Notes: generated by a model not told the origin, from the sequence alone. DNA of 63,161 nucleotides, filler included, from Nitrospirae bacterium CG2_30_53_67 (GCA_001873285.1; 5 parts of 5 records of this genome joined end to end with filler, not necessarily neighbours in it), one strand, 5' to 3'. Shown: positions 52,809 through 63,161, counted from the first letter of the whole stretch. Made by a program: numbers and translations.

Positions 52809-53587
52809 AAGAGATATTTAAACTCCCCCGCGTCTCCTGGAGTTGCCTGAGGGTCTGGCAGCGGGACAGAGACGCCTATATGAAATTTTACAAGGTCGGT
52901 CTTGTGGGCTCCCTCGGAGATCCGATCCTGTATCTGCTGGCCATGGGGTACGGACTGGGCAATTTTCTGGAACAGATGGAAGGAATGAGTTATGTGAAAT
53001 TTATCGCTCCCGGTCTGGTGATCTCTTCCGCCATGTTCTCCGCCTCCTTCGAATGCACCTATGGATCCTATTTAAGGATGATTTATCTGAAGACCTATGA
53101 TGCCATCATCGCCACCCCGCTTTCCATTGAAGACGTGGTGGTCGGTGATATTCTCTGGGGCGCCACCAAAGGCATCATCAACGGCATGATCATGTTCCTG
53201 GTCATCTGGGCATTCGGGCTCATCGATTCCTACTGGGCCATAGGCATCCCTTTATTGATTGCCCTCGTTAGTTTCCTGTTTGCCTCTCTCTCCATGATCA
53301 CCACCGCCTTTGTCCCCAATTTCGAGGCCTTCAATTATTATATTACCATTTTTCTGACTCCCATGTTCTTCTTCTCCGGGGTCTTCTTTCCTTTAACTAA
53401 ACTCCCGCCATGGGTGACGACCTTGTCGAAGTTCCTGCCCCTGACTTACTCGGTGAACATTTCCCGCGCCCTGATCTATGGAACCCCCTCCTGGATCATC
53501 GCCTGGTGGACCCTGCTTCTTTCAGTCCCCGCTTTGATTTCTTTCGGCCTGGCTGTAAATCTGGTTAAGAGACGGGTGATCAAATAA
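52805..53587 (+). CDS. ABC-2 exporter permease (NodJ-like)
   Basis: Six TM helices; FIAPGL; TPMFFFSGVFFP. Confidence 0.9.
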   Translation: MKEIFKLPRVSWSCLRVWQRDRDAYMKFYKVGLVGSLGDPILYLLAMGYGLGNFLEQMEGMSYVKFIAPGLVISSAMFSASFECTYGSYLRMIYLKTYDAIIATPLSIEDVVVGDILWGATKGIINGMIMFLVIWAFGLIDSYWAIGIPLLIALVSFLFASLSMITTAFVPNFEAFNYYITIFLTPMFFFSGVFFPLTKLPPWVTTLSKFLPLTYSVNISRALIYGTPSWIIAWWTLLLSVPALISFGLAVNLVKRRVIK

Positions 53588-53600
53588 GAATTTTTCAATC

Positions 53601-53629
53601 TTGACTTGTTATGATTGTTTTGATAGCAT
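53601..53629 (+). promoter_or_regulatory. Putative sigma70 promoter of dksA
   Basis: TTGACT-17 bp-TAGCAT with an extended TG. Confidence 0.55.
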
Positions 53630-53666
53630 AGGGACATTATATTACGAAATGGGAGGATGAGTTCCA

Positions 53667-54056
53667 ATGGCTGTAAAAGCAGGGGCATCTGCAAAGAAAA
53701 AACTTTTTGAAAAAATCAAGCAGGACTTAACTGAAAAAAAGAGACTGATCCTGGCCGGGGCCAACGAAGCCATTTCTTCAAAGCTCGGCGCCCAGAATGA
53801 GAACCTCCCTGAGCTTGGGGACCAGGCCATGGTGGAGATCGACAGTAATTTTCTGCTCCGCCTCAAGGACCGGGAAAAGCGGCTCCTCACAAAGATTGAC
53901 CAGGCCTTGGAACGGATTGAAAAAGGAACCTTCGGCATCTGCGAAGAGTGCGGCCAGGAAATCGGCGCTAAGCGGCTGGAGGCGAGACCGGTCACCACCA
54001 TGTGCATTGAGTGCAAAACCGATCAGGAAGAACGGGAAAAACTCTTGAAGGAATAA
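53667..54056 (+). CDS. dksA: DksA/TraR family C4 zinc-finger protein
   Basis: ELGDQA coiled-coil tip; CEECG...RLEARP...CIECK. Confidence 0.88.
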   Translation: MAVKAGASAKKKLFEKIKQDLTEKKRLILAGANEAISSKLGAQNENLPELGDQAMVEIDSNFLLRLKDREKRLLTKIDQALERIEKGTFGICEECGQEIGAKRLEARPVTTMCIECKTDQEEREKLLKE

Positions 54057-54326
54057 GGCCTCCACCTCCTCTTTTTACATAACCTGCTTCTTTGAATTCA
54101 AACTTCGATATGGGCGCCAAGCTCTGAAGCCAAACGCCGATATGTTCCTGATGAGCCTATAAAAAAGGCTCCTTGTCTTATTACCTATTCTCCTTTTTTT
54201 TCTATTATAGACCCCGTGCTCCTTCTCATGGTCCCCTTTACTGATCATGCAGGCATGGAGTTTTTTTCTTATCGGGAAGTCGAAATTGAAATTCTTCACC
54301 CGCAATTTCACGCATTCGAAGAGACG

Positions 54327-54426
54327 NNNNNNNNNNNNNNNNNNNNNNNNNNNNNNNNNNNNNNNNNNNNTTAATTAATTAANNNNNNNNNNNNNNNNNN
54401 NNNNNNNNNNNNNNNNNNNNNNNNNN
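54327..54426. other. Artificial contig linker
   Basis: N-run + TTAATTAATTAA + N-run. Confidence 0.99.
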
Positions 54427-54686
54427 AGTGCGGTATTCTCGTACAATCTTCTGGTCATGGCACGGCTGCAGGAGGCTTGAGTTTACGTCGTCATGCTTAA
54501 CAGAGTTTGGAAAGCAACTGAGTATAGAGGACAAGTCTGCTCTCAAACAGGGGGATTCTACTGAAAATAACGCTTTAACCATTGGTTGACTGAATATCAT
54601 TCTGACGCTCTGGGAATCCCACAGGGATCGGGATTCTTTTCACCCCACCCGGACCCGAAAAGCAGGGGTTTCCGGATGAGAACTAA
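54427..54686 (+). mobile_element. Probable 3' end of an IS5/ISNCY-like insertion sequence
   Basis: SAVFSYNLLVMARLQEA* (DDE transposase-like tail) at the contig edge; candidate right end GTTTCCGGATGAGAAC followed by TAA. Confidence 0.5.
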
Positions 54687-54730
54687 TTAACATGTGGATG
54701 ATGCGATCATGGTCAAGCCCGACGCGACTT

Positions 54731-54756
54731 TTTACCCACTAAATGGGAGAAGAACC
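54731..54756 (+). repeat. Family A 3'-terminal fragment
   Basis: TTTACCCACTAAATGGGAGAAGAACC. Confidence 0.75.
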
Positions 54757-54904
54757 TAATTAACTAACCCCACCGTCGCCATTTCCCCGCCTTCCAGAAT
54801 TTCGTTGAAACCCCATGTTCTTTTGTGTATATTCCATATCCGGTTGTTCACATTCGATTCTGGGAGCATCATTTCTCTGTCTGTTCAGGGTTGAAAGTCT
54901 GGAA

Positions 54905-55282
54905 ATGGCTGTTCACGTTCAGAGCTATCGCCGGCAAGTCGGGTTTTTTGCCTGGTTCCTGCACAGGGTCACCGGGGTACTCCTCTCGCTCTATCTGATC
55001 TTTCACGTTTGGGTTGTGAGGACCGTAAGCCATGGGCCTGCCGGATTTAATCAGGTCATGGCAGCCGTGCAAACTCCGATGTTCATCCTCTTCGAGGTGG
55101 GCCTTTTGGGCACGGTTCTTTATCACTCCCTGAACGGCCTACGGCTCCTCCTCATTGATACCGGATGGGGTATCCGCCATCAGAAGGGGCTCTTCTTTCT
55201 CTTCCTCGGGGTTGGGATGGCCCTCCTCGTGATCGGCGCCTTTCCTATACTGCGTCTCTTGAATGCGACGTTTATTTATTGA
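54905..55282 (+). CDS. sdhC: Succinate dehydrogenase cytochrome b556 subunit
   Basis: WFLHRVTG; YHSLNGLRLLLID. Confidence 0.92.
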   Translation: MAVHVQSYRRQVGFFAWFLHRVTGVLLSLYLIFHVWVVRTVSHGPAGFNQVMAAVQTPMFILFEVGLLGTVLYHSLNGLRLLLIDTGWGIRHQKGLFFLFLGVGMALLVIGAFPILRLLNATFIY

Positions 55283-55302
55283 GAGGTTGCCAAGGACGGC
55301 TT

Positions 55303-55665
55303 ATGAAATTTGATGTCGGAAGGCAGCCGGGCGGGATATATCTCTGGTTCTTCCAGCGTCTCTCCGCGTTATTTCTCCTGGTCCTGCTTCTTGCCCATTT
55401 TTATTTTCTGCACTATGCGGAGCCAGGTTTTGTAACCTATGACAAGGTCGCGGCCCGTCTTTCGTCGCCTTCCTGGAAGGTCCTGGATATCTCCTTCCTG
55501 ACCCTGGCCGTGTTCCATGCCATCAACGGTCTTTGGACCGTGGTGCTCGAATATGTACACACACAAACGGCCCAACGGTTGCTGTTGTTTGTGCTCCTTG
55601 GCATAGGATGGATATTTTTAGGTATCGGCGTATTCTCAGTTGGAATATTTACGGTCAAACCGTAG
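55303..55665 (+). CDS. sdhD: Succinate dehydrogenase membrane anchor
   Basis: WFFQRLSA; FHAINGLWTVVLEY. Confidence 0.9.
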   Translation: MKFDVGRQPGGIYLWFFQRLSALFLLVLLLAHFYFLHYAEPGFVTYDKVAARLSSPSWKVLDISFLTLAVFHAINGLWTVVLEYVHTQTAQRLLLFVLLGIGWIFLGIGVFSVGIFTVKP

Positions 55666-55684
55666 GTTTTATCAAGGTTGTCCT

Positions 55685-57409
55685 ATGTCATCTTCTTCTC
55701 CATTCCCCGTGCACCGTCATGATGTTTTGATCCTGGGCGCCGGAGGCGCCGGGCTCAGAGCGGCCCTTGAAATCGGAGACGCTGCGGATGTGGCCGTGAT
55801 CAGCAAGGTCTTTCCCACCCGCTCCCATACCGTGACCGCACAAGGGGGTGTGGCGGCTGCCCTTGGGAATGTTGATGAAGACTCCTGGGAACATCACATG
55901 TTCGACACGGTCAAGGGCGGGGACTACCTTGGAGATCAGGATGCCGTTGAAATCCTCTGCCGGGAGGCCCCCGGGACCGTTTATGAACTTGAGCATATGG
56001 GTGTTCCTTTCAGCCGTCTAAAAGACGGCCGGATCTCCCAGCGCCCTTTCGGCGGGCATTCGGCCGTGAGGGCCTGCCACGCCGCGGACCGGACCGGCCA
56101 TGTGATTCTCCATACCCTATATGAGCACTGTCTGCGCAAGAACGTCCGGTTCTACCAGGAATTTTTTGTCATCTCGCTGATCCTCGATGCCGGCCGGATA
56201 CAGGGGCTCGCGGCTTGGGACATCCTGAAGGGAGGGGTTCACGTATTTCATGCCAAGGCCGTGCTTTTGGCCGCCGGGGGGTATGGACGCATCTACAAGA
56301 CCACGTCCAACGCCTTATCCAACACAGGCGATGGAATGGTCATGGCCTACGAGACCGGAGTTCCTCTCGAGGATATGGAGTTTGTGCAGTTTCACCCCAC
56401 GGGGATCTATAAACTGGGGATCCTGATCACCGAAGCGGCAAGAGGCGAAGGGGGGATTCTGATCAACCGGGATGGGGAACGCTTCATGGAAAGATATGCC
56501 CCCTCCATGAAGGATATCGCACCGAGGGATGTGGTCTCCAGGGCCATCTATACGGAGATCCGGAATAAAAGGGGGATCGCCGGCAAGGATTACGTCTACC
56601 TGGATCTCCGTCACCTGGGGAAGAAGAAGATCCTTGAAAAACTCCCCGAGATCCACAGCTTCGTCCAGACGTACCTCGGGACCGATGCGGTCCGAGAGCC
56701 CATTCCGGTCCAGCCCACGTGCCATTATGCCATGGGCGGACTCCCCACGGATGTGAATGGCCGTGTGGTGATGGATGATCAGGAGACCCTGCTCCCGGGC
56801 CTCTATGCGGCCGGAGAATGTGCCTGTGTATCCGTGCATGGGGCCAACCGTCTGGGGTGCAATTCCCTGCTCGACATCCTGGTCTTCGGCAAAAGAGCCG
56901 GAGAGCAGATCCTCAAAGACATCCGGGGGATCGGGATTCCGGAACCGCCGGATAAGACGGCGCAGGAGGTTCGCATCCGGGTGGAAGACCTCCTGGAAGG
57001 ATCGGGGAACGAGGCCGCCGCCGGGATTCGTGAAAGACTTCAGGAGATGATGATGGTCCGCTGTTCCGTATTCCGGAATGAGAAACTGCTCATGGAAGCA
57101 AAGAACGAATTGAAAAAGCTGAAACTTCGCTATGCCGCTGTTCAAATCATGGACCACGGCAGACTCTGTAATACCGATCTTGTGGAGGCCCTGGAACTTG
57201 GGAATCTCCTCCAACTGGCCGAAACCATCTTGGAAGGAGCCCTGGCCAGGACCGAAAGCCGGGGCGCGCATTCCCGTGAGGATTTTCCGATTCGGGATGA
57301 TGCCGGTTTTTTAAAACATACCTTGGCCCGGAAAGGCCCGGAAGGCCCGATCGTTTCATACAAGCCGGTCCGGATCACGCGTTACCAGCCCATGGAGAGG
57401 ACTTACTGA
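55685..57409 (+). CDS. sdhA: Succinate dehydrogenase flavoprotein
   Basis: GAGGAG, RSHTVTAQGG (covalent FAD His), QFHPTG, HYAMGG, HGANRLG. Confidence 0.97.
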   Translation: MSSSSPFPVHRHDVLILGAGGAGLRAALEIGDAADVAVISKVFPTRSHTVTAQGGVAAALGNVDEDSWEHHMFDTVKGGDYLGDQDAVEILCREAPGTVYELEHMGVPFSRLKDGRISQRPFGGHSAVRACHAADRTGHVILHTLYEHCLRKNVRFYQEFFVISLILDAGRIQGLAAWDILKGGVHVFHAKAVLLAAGGYGRIYKTTSNALSNTGDGMVMAYETGVPLEDMEFVQFHPTGIYKLGILITEAARGEGGILINRDGERFMERYAPSMKDIAPRDVVSRAIYTEIRNKRGIAGKDYVYLDLRHLGKKKILEKLPEIHSFVQTYLGTDAVREPIPVQPTCHYAMGGLPTDVNGRVVMDDQETLLPGLYAAGECACVSVHGANRLGCNSLLDILVFGKRAGEQILKDIRGIGIPEPPDKTAQEVRIRVEDLLEGSGNEAAAGIRERLQEMMMVRCSVFRNEKLLMEAKNELKKLKLRYAAVQIMDHGRLCNTDLVEALELGNLLQLAETILEGALARTESRGAHSREDFPIRDDAGFLKHTLARKGPEGPIVSYKPVRITRYQPMERTY

Positions 57410-57410
57410 G

Positions 57411-57984
57411 ATGGAAAGACGTTTCAGGATCCTTCGTTTCAATCCGTTATATGATGTGAAGCCTCATTACCAGGACTACAGGATCAAGGTGCAGCCTTTC
57501 TGGTCGGTTCTCGACTGTCTGAATGAAATCAAGTGGAAACTCGACGGGAGCCTCTCCTTCCGCCGTTCCTGCGCCCATGGGGTCTGCGGCTCTGATGCCA
57601 TGATGATCAACGGAAGGAACCGGCTTGCCTGCCGGACCCTGATCCGCGACCTGAAACCGTCCCGGGTCATCCGGGTGGAACCGCTGAAGAGCTTTCCTGT
57701 GATCAAGGACCTGTTCGTGGACACAGATGAATTTTTCCAAAGGAATCTCGCGGTCAAACCCTGGTTTGTGAACCAGACCCCCCCGCCGGAGCGGGAGAGG
57801 CTTCAGAGCCCCAAACAACGGGCAAGGATCGATGATTCGACAAAGTGCATCCTCTGCGCATCGTGCACATCGTCCTGCCCGACCTTCTGGTTTGACAAGG
57901 CCTACCTGGGACCGGCGGCCCTGCTCAAGGCGCACCGGTTCGTCTTTGACTCTCGAGATGAGGCCCAGGCGGAGAGGCTTGCCA
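57411..57984 (+). CDS. sdhB: Succinate dehydrogenase iron-sulfur subunit (3' truncated)
   Basis: SCAHGVCGSD...LAC; CILCASCTSSCP. Confidence 0.95.
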
Positions 57985-58084
57985 NNNNNNNNNNNNNNNN
58001 NNNNNNNNNNNNNNNNNNNNNNNNNNNNTTAATTAATTAANNNNNNNNNNNNNNNNNNNNNNNNNNNNNNNNNNNNNNNNNNNN
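57985..58084. other. Artificial contig linker
   Basis: N-run + TTAATTAATTAA + N-run. Confidence 0.99.
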
Positions 58085-59990
58085 GAGTCAGGTTCTGGTA
58101 GAACAGGTTCAGGTTGGTGACAAAATATCCCGCTGCCTCATTTCCGGTAACGGTTTCCCGTTCGCTCTTATACTGTTCTTCCAGCCCTGCAAAGAGTTTC
58201 TCAGGGATCACCGGAAGGATGAGATTCAGCTTGGCCAGATGCTTGGGTGCATTGGACAAGACCCGGCCGGTCCGGATGTCTTCGGTCTCCTGATAGGTGT
58301 AACTGATGCGGCCTTCTACGCCGCTTTCCCATTTCCCTTCGAGTTCCAGCTCCGCGCCTTCGGCCTTGGCCTCGCTCACATTGTCGTACATAATCAGACC
58401 GTCGGCGGGGTCGGTCGTTTGAGTGATCAGATCCTTGATGTTATAGAAAAATCCTGACGCCGTTCCCCGCAGGTGATCCCCGATATACTGCTCGTACACC
58501 AGTTCGTAGGTCTTGATCGTCTCAGGATCGAGGTTGGGATTGGATTTTGTATTCCCGCTGCCGTCATAATAATAGAGCTCGTAGGCATTGGGCGCCCGGA
58601 AGGCCTCACCATAGAGAAGCTTGAAGGTCGTTTTCTGATAGGGATTGTAAATCAAGGCCAGTCTCGGATTCGTGGTTGTGCCGAAGGTGTCATAGTGGTC
58701 GTAACGCACACCGCCATAGAAGATGAGGTCATTAAAAATCTGAAATTCATCCTGGAGGTAAACGGCCCAGTTGGTGCTGTCTCTCCGGTCGTCCAGATAA
58801 GTGGTGGTCGCATCGTAGTTCTGTTGATCCTGCCTTGTGTTTTCCCGGATTTCGGCGCCCAGAATGGCCCGATGCTTCTCCAGAAACCTCCGGGTCAATT
58901 GAAATTCTCCCCCAAACCACTGACCTGGAGATCTGTCCTTGAAGATCATGATATTGGGATCCGAGGAAGGATCGGCTGCATAATCCGCAATATCGTACAC
59001 ATAATCTCCGGAATAGGAGTAGGCGTCATAGAAGATCCGTGCCATGGCATCCAACTCATTCTCAAAACGGTGCTCATACTTCAGGTCCACATACTGGCGC
59101 TGATCCGTGGCCTCGGTACGAGGATCATTGAATACGATGCCCCAGGGAGCCGTCGGGATCTTTTTCTCTCGTTCCACACGTGCCCCTTGAAGAGTGAAGT
59201 CCTGAAATGAGAGTTTCCCGAAAAAGTTCTGCATCTGGTCATGGTCGCTGTTGACGGCGATACCGTTGTGGGTGGCGGGATCATCGAATTCCCTGAAATA
59301 GAGACGGTCATTCCCTGCACTTTCATAGGCCGTTGCCGATAGGAGCATTTCCATGCCGTTCTCAAACCGGTTGCCGTAACTCAAGCGCTTTTTATAGGTA
59401 CGGAGACTCCCCGCCTCGCCGGACACCTCCAACCCTTTGAGATCGCGGCCGCGCTTGGTGATCACATTGATCACGGCAAACAGGGCATTGCTTCCGTAGA
59501 TTGAAGAGCCTGGGCCGCGTATGACCTCGACCCGGTCGATGGTATCTACATCGAGGAGAAACGCTGTGTCGATATAGATACTGTCATAAATATTCTCATT
59601 CATACGGTGCCCGTCCACCAGGAGGAGAATCCGGGTGTTATAATCCCCCGGACGCGCGAACCCGCGTACCCCGAGATATGCATAGTTCCGGTCATAGCTG
59701 GTGTAAAACCCGCGCAGGCTGCGCAGGATGTCCGCAAGTGTGCGGTAATGGTACTTCCTGATTTCATCGGCTGTGACAATGCTGATGGACGACGGCGCCT
59801 CGGTCACCTTCTGTTCATACTTGGAGGCGCTGTAGACAGAGGGAATATCCTGAAAAAGCAGGACCTCATCATTCATCTGAGCCGAGCCCACGGGCCCTTC
59901 TGATACCGCGTAGACAGAAGCGGGGATAAGGGAGCAGATGACCAGGGCTGGCATCAGTAACTTCTGCAAGTGCATTTTCATCTTCTCCAT
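58085..59990 (-). CDS. TonB-dependent receptor (3' truncated)
   Basis: Signal peptide; plug domain APSSISIVTADEI...IDRVEVIRGPGSSIYGSNALFAVINVITK; FRAPN; LDPE. Confidence 0.93.
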
Positions 59991-60249
59991 GATTCCCCCA
60001 CGACAATAAATGCTAAAAAGAATCTTAATTCACAACCGCTGTTCTGAGACTTTTTACTAATGTTCTTAATATGTTATCGGTTATTCATCTGAAAACTTTA
60101 ATTTTATTCCAAAATGTTTATCCCATTAAGCAGAGGGTTTATATAGTTAATTTTAACCGTTAACAATCCAAAGTGTCAATATTTTACAATGTATTATTTG
60201 ACCTTACACCTGAGCAAGTTGTCTTAGGTCAATCCCGCTGCAACCCTAA

Positions 60250-60309
60250 GTGGTCCTGTTCGTAAATGTGGTGACGTACCGAGAGTGCTGTATTTACGAA
60301 TAGGGCCAC
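60250..60309. mobile_element. MITE family B, copy 3 (60 bp, internally deleted, TAA target duplication)
   Basis: GTGGTCCTGTTCGTAAAT...TATTTACGAATAGGGCCAC, flanked by TAA. Confidence 0.85.
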
Positions 60310-60379
60310 TAAGGCGAGGATTGGAGTCAACAAAACAAGGGTGCCCTTCTGTGTCTGCCTGAATATTGTTTCAGATGGA

Positions 60380-60456
60380 TGGTGCCCCCGGGGTGACTCG
60401 AACACCCGGCACCCGGTTTAGGAAACCGGTGCTCTATCCGCCTGAGCTACGGGGGC
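60380..60456 (-). tRNA. tRNA-Arg (CCT)
   Basis: Reverse complement GCCCCCGTAGCTCAGGCGGATAGAGCACCGGT-TTCCTAA-ACCGG...GTTCGAGTC...GGGGCACCA. Confidence 0.95.
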
Positions 60457-60536
60457 AAGAAAGATTCCGAAGCTTAAAAATAGCATTATGTAACATGTTT
60501 CATGTGATGTGTCAAGAAAACAGGGGGAGAAAAAAA

Positions 60537-61424
60537 TTACTGCAGTTCCGGGTAGCGAAAGGTCCCCTTCAGTTCAAAGGGGTAGTATCCTTCCTGGTCC
60601 AGGGTCCTGTCAGAATAGGCGGCGACGCCGTGGAGGTTGATGGGATCATCCGCCATGGGCTTCAGCCGGGCAGAAAGATGGAGGCCGCTCTCAAAGAGGT
60701 CCTGGGGATTGAGTATAATCTCTCCCCGGATCTTCGCGGCCAGGATGTCGCTTTCAACCAGCAAGTTCTCGATCCGGAGCTTCCCGTCCGTGAGTTTTGC
60801 GTCTATCTGCATGATATGGAAGTCAAAGTCCGGAAGGTTGAGCCCCTTGATCAGGATATTCCGGACCCGCCCTTGGCTCAAAGCGGCAACAAAGGTCCCG
60901 GGCCCGCTGAGATAATCGTTTAGGCCATGGAATTGAACATCCGCCTGGCCCGTGAGTTTCCCGCTCACCTTGAAGTTTCTCAGATAAAGAGGGGCGAGCG
61001 CCTCGGCGATACGGATATCCTTGACCTGTAGGAGATATCTCCCCGACTCCGGCCTTACGGGAAACCGCAGACGAACCTCTCCGCTGGTTTCACCGCCATA
61101 GCCTTTTCCAAGAAAACGGACGACCATTTTTTTCCCGAGAAGGGGGAAAAAAGAGAGCTTCAGGGTCAGGGTATCCCCCTTGAATATGCTGTACCTCACC
61201 CCTTGGTACGGCAGTTGGATCTCTATAGGATCCAGCCTGCAGCCGAGGGGGAAGCGATAAGAGAGGTCTTTGTAAATCAGACTGATCCCGGTTTTTTTTT
61301 CAAAATGGACAATCAGGCTTTCCGCGGTTCTCTTGTAAGGGAAAAAAACAAGGATGAACAGAAGGAAAAGAGAGACGCCGTACAGCATATAAACAATCGG
61401 TATTCGTCCGCGCGGGTTGGGCAT
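60537..61424 (-). CDS. gspN: Type II secretion system protein GspN-like
   Basis: N-terminal TM ending FFPY; beta-rich periplasmic part; C-terminal LKGTFRYP. Confidence 0.65.
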   Translation of the reverse strand: MPNPRGRIPIVYMLYGVSLFLLFILVFFPYKRTAESLIVHFEKKTGISLIYKDLSYRFPLGCRLDPIEIQLPYQGVRYSIFKGDTLTLKLSFFPLLGKKMVVRFLGKGYGGETSGEVRLRFPVRPESGRYLLQVKDIRIAEALAPLYLRNFKVSGKLTGQADVQFHGLNDYLSGPGTFVAALSQGRVRNILIKGLNLPDFDFHIMQIDAKLTDGKLRIENLLVESDILAAKIRGEIILNPQDLFESGLHLSARLKPMADDPINLHGVAAYSDRTLDQEGYYPFELKGTFRYPELQ

Positions 61425-61632
61425 CTTCCTATCCTAACCGTCTTTCGGTTATGTAAATATCATCTTCCGGCCATCTCCAAAGTCTGTTTGGGAATTGGCG
61501 GGCAAATTTAAAAAAAAACTTCCTTGAATTCTGAAGAACCGTTGAAGCTTTCTTGCAGGAAGCTTCAATTCTTCTTGTGGTCGCCATCTGTTTTTGATAC
61601 CGTATACCCAGATTATCCGGGGTAAGAAAAGT

Positions 61633-62292
61633 ATGTCAAGAAAAAACTTGATCACGGAGTGTATCGGAGTCACCTTCGCCTTTTTTGTCTTCATCTTCAT
61701 CCTGCAGACCCATCCATTCTCAGGCGTGCCGGGCCGTATCGGCGGATACCTGACGCCTCTCGCCTGGATCCTTGTCCCATGGATCATCCTTACCATCAGG
61801 CAGGAATCCTTCATGGAGTTCGGATACCATCTCGAAGACTTCCCTCGATCGCTCGGCATGGGTCTCGTTGTCTCGCTTTTGCTGATCCCCTATTTCACGG
61901 TCTTCGCCCTCCGGTTCGGAATGCCCGACTTGGATTTTCTGGAAGGCGGCAGGGGCATGGATTGGATCAGGATGGCTCTGTACCAGGCCTTCTATATCGC
62001 CTTGCCTGAGGAATTCTTCTTCCGAGGGTATCTTCAGACCCGTCTGAACCAGATCTTCGGGAAACCCTGCCGCCTGCTCGGGGCCGAAACAGGCTGGGGC
62101 CTTTTCCTGGCATCACTGATCTTCATGATCTTCCACCTCGTCATCGGCTTGAATGTCTGGAACGCCGCCATTTTTGTCCCGGCGTTGATCTTCGGATGGC
62201 TCCGGGAAAAGACCGGGTCCATCACGGCCTCCACGGTGTTCCACGCCATGTGCAACATCATGCTTTTCACTTTCCAGGGGAGAACCTCCTGA
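61633..62292 (+). CDS. CPBP/Abi glutamic intramembrane protease
   Basis: LPEEFFFRGYLQTRL, FMIFH, FGWLREKTGS, FHAMCN. Confidence 0.85.
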   Translation: MSRKNLITECIGVTFAFFVFIFILQTHPFSGVPGRIGGYLTPLAWILVPWIILTIRQESFMEFGYHLEDFPRSLGMGLVVSLLLIPYFTVFALRFGMPDLDFLEGGRGMDWIRMALYQAFYIALPEEFFFRGYLQTRLNQIFGKPCRLLGAETGWGLFLASLIFMIFHLVIGLNVWNAAIFVPALIFGWLREKTGSITASTVFHAMCNIMLFTFQGRTS

Positions 62293-62466
62293 AACCACGT
62301 TGATCCCCTCTCCAATCCTGATTCATGAAACCCGCGCGTCCGGCGCAAGTCATCAAAGATATTGACCAAATTCCGATCTATCGGTTAAGCTATAAGTATG
62401 GGGTGCAACTCAATTCGTTTCCGGCTTTCAGGCATCATACCGTCTTTGAGGGTAGGATCTAAGAAA

Positions 62467-63072
62467 ATGGCATCGCCCGTAAACAACCTGATTAAATGGC
62501 GTATGGGGATCCTCTCGCAGAGCTTTCCCGGCCGGACTTTTCTGGGCCGCCTCTACAGGTTCTTGCTCTTTGCGCTCTTTGATCCGGCTCTTAAATGGAT
62601 CTATCGGTTCCGGATTGCCCTGCAGGAAAAAAGGCCCTCTTATCTGTGCCTCTCGGATTACCGTCTGCTCAAGGAAGTGAGGTCCCACTTTCCCGCCCCT
62701 CCCCTTCTCCGGAGATGGGCAAGAACGGGCCTACTGAACCGCGGGAGAACCGGTTACGAAGGAATCCTTTTGCAAATACATGCCGCCAAGTTCCGTACCC
62801 GGAAAGCCCCGTGGATCCTTCCGGAGACGGCCTTGTTCTCGCCGAGTCTGGATTGCAAGGGGTTTGCCGTTCTCTTTTCTTCGCTCTTGAACGCCGCCGG
62901 AATCCGGAACCAACTCTGGATCGGACTCCCATCGGATGGAAAAGACGGACACGCCTGGGTCGTACTGGAAACGGACTATGGAAGGATAGCGGTGGACCAG
63001 TTCAACGGCGACGGCATCAGGGAATCGGTTTTCCTCCTCGAACATCCTTATGCCATCAGGATCAACTTTTAA
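62467..63072 (+). CDS. Transglutaminase-like cysteine protease domain protein
   Basis: DCKGFAVLFSSLLNAAGI...GHAWV...AVD gives a Cys-His-Asp triad; start uncertain. Confidence 0.6.
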   Translation: MASPVNNLIKWRMGILSQSFPGRTFLGRLYRFLLFALFDPALKWIYRFRIALQEKRPSYLCLSDYRLLKEVRSHFPAPPLLRRWARTGLLNRGRTGYEGILLQIHAAKFRTRKAPWILPETALFSPSLDCKGFAVLFSSLLNAAGIRNQLWIGLPSDGKDGHAWVVLETDYGRIAVDQFNGDGIRESVFLLEHPYAIRINF

Positions 63073-63161
63073 CCGCGGACGCCTTTCGTCTCTTTCGTGT
63101 TTAAGTTGAAGCACGCAGAAATTGGAAACCAAAGGTTTTCTTGCACGCCTTTTGATCAAAG

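Noticed and set aside
54075..54311. 78-aa ORF after dksA
   Set aside because: No motif, located at a contig edge, and no supporting evidence.
15856..58084. Recurrent TTAATTAATTAA within N-runs, and gene adjacency across them
   Set aside because: Artificial six-frame-stop linkers; neighbours across them (tuf/RND, RAYT/dapB, sdhB/TBDR) are not real linkage.
47286..60456. tRNA-anchored prophage or genomic island at tRNA-Gln or tRNA-Arg
   Set aside because: No integrase, phage genes or duplicated tRNA 3' ends next to either tRNA.

Overview
This window is not one continuous locus. It is five contig pieces from a moderately GC-rich Gram-negative bacterium (Deltaproteobacteria/Nitrospirota-like gene content, probably a MAG), joined by artificial 100-nt N/TTAATTAATTAA linkers at 15856-15955, 38838-38937, 54327-54426 and 57985-58084. 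(1) 1-15855: core tuf-rpmG-tRNA-Trp-secE-nusG-rplKAJL-rpoBC-rpsL-rpsG-fusA-tuf cluster. (2) 15956-38837: RND permease fragment, ackA-xfp-glgP, a GT-C-like membrane protein and a cNOR cluster (norCBQD) whose norC carries an extra heme-c domain and an in-frame TAA. Two CRP/FNR-type promoters of identical geometry drive small NO/redox-stress genes. An AT-richer island follows, with HigBA, an MntA/HepT remnant, a degraded integron (intI C-terminal remnant co-oriented with the cassettes, attI, one attC, two cassette ORFs), a PEP-CTERM gene, a DUF433/DUF5615 pair and a RAYT-like Y1 transposase end. Two facing arrays of shrinking nested duplications bracket most of the island. (3) 38938-54326: dapB fragment, murA, rpsR/rpsF, hppA, pth-rplY-prs, tRNA-Gln, spoVG, ispE, LolB-like and TPR lipoproteins, a NodIJ-like ABC pair and dksA. 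(4) 54427-57984: an IS end and sdhCDAB. (5) 58085-63161: TonB-dependent receptor, tRNA-Arg, GspN, a CPBP protease and a transglutaminase-like gene. Intergenic DNA holds many short palindromic elements: a 240-bp octamer-based family always co-oriented with transcription, an IS5-like MITE with TWA target duplications, and 27-71-bp modules that insert into other repeats or in frame into a gene. All family calls come from reading motifs by eye; no database searches were run.
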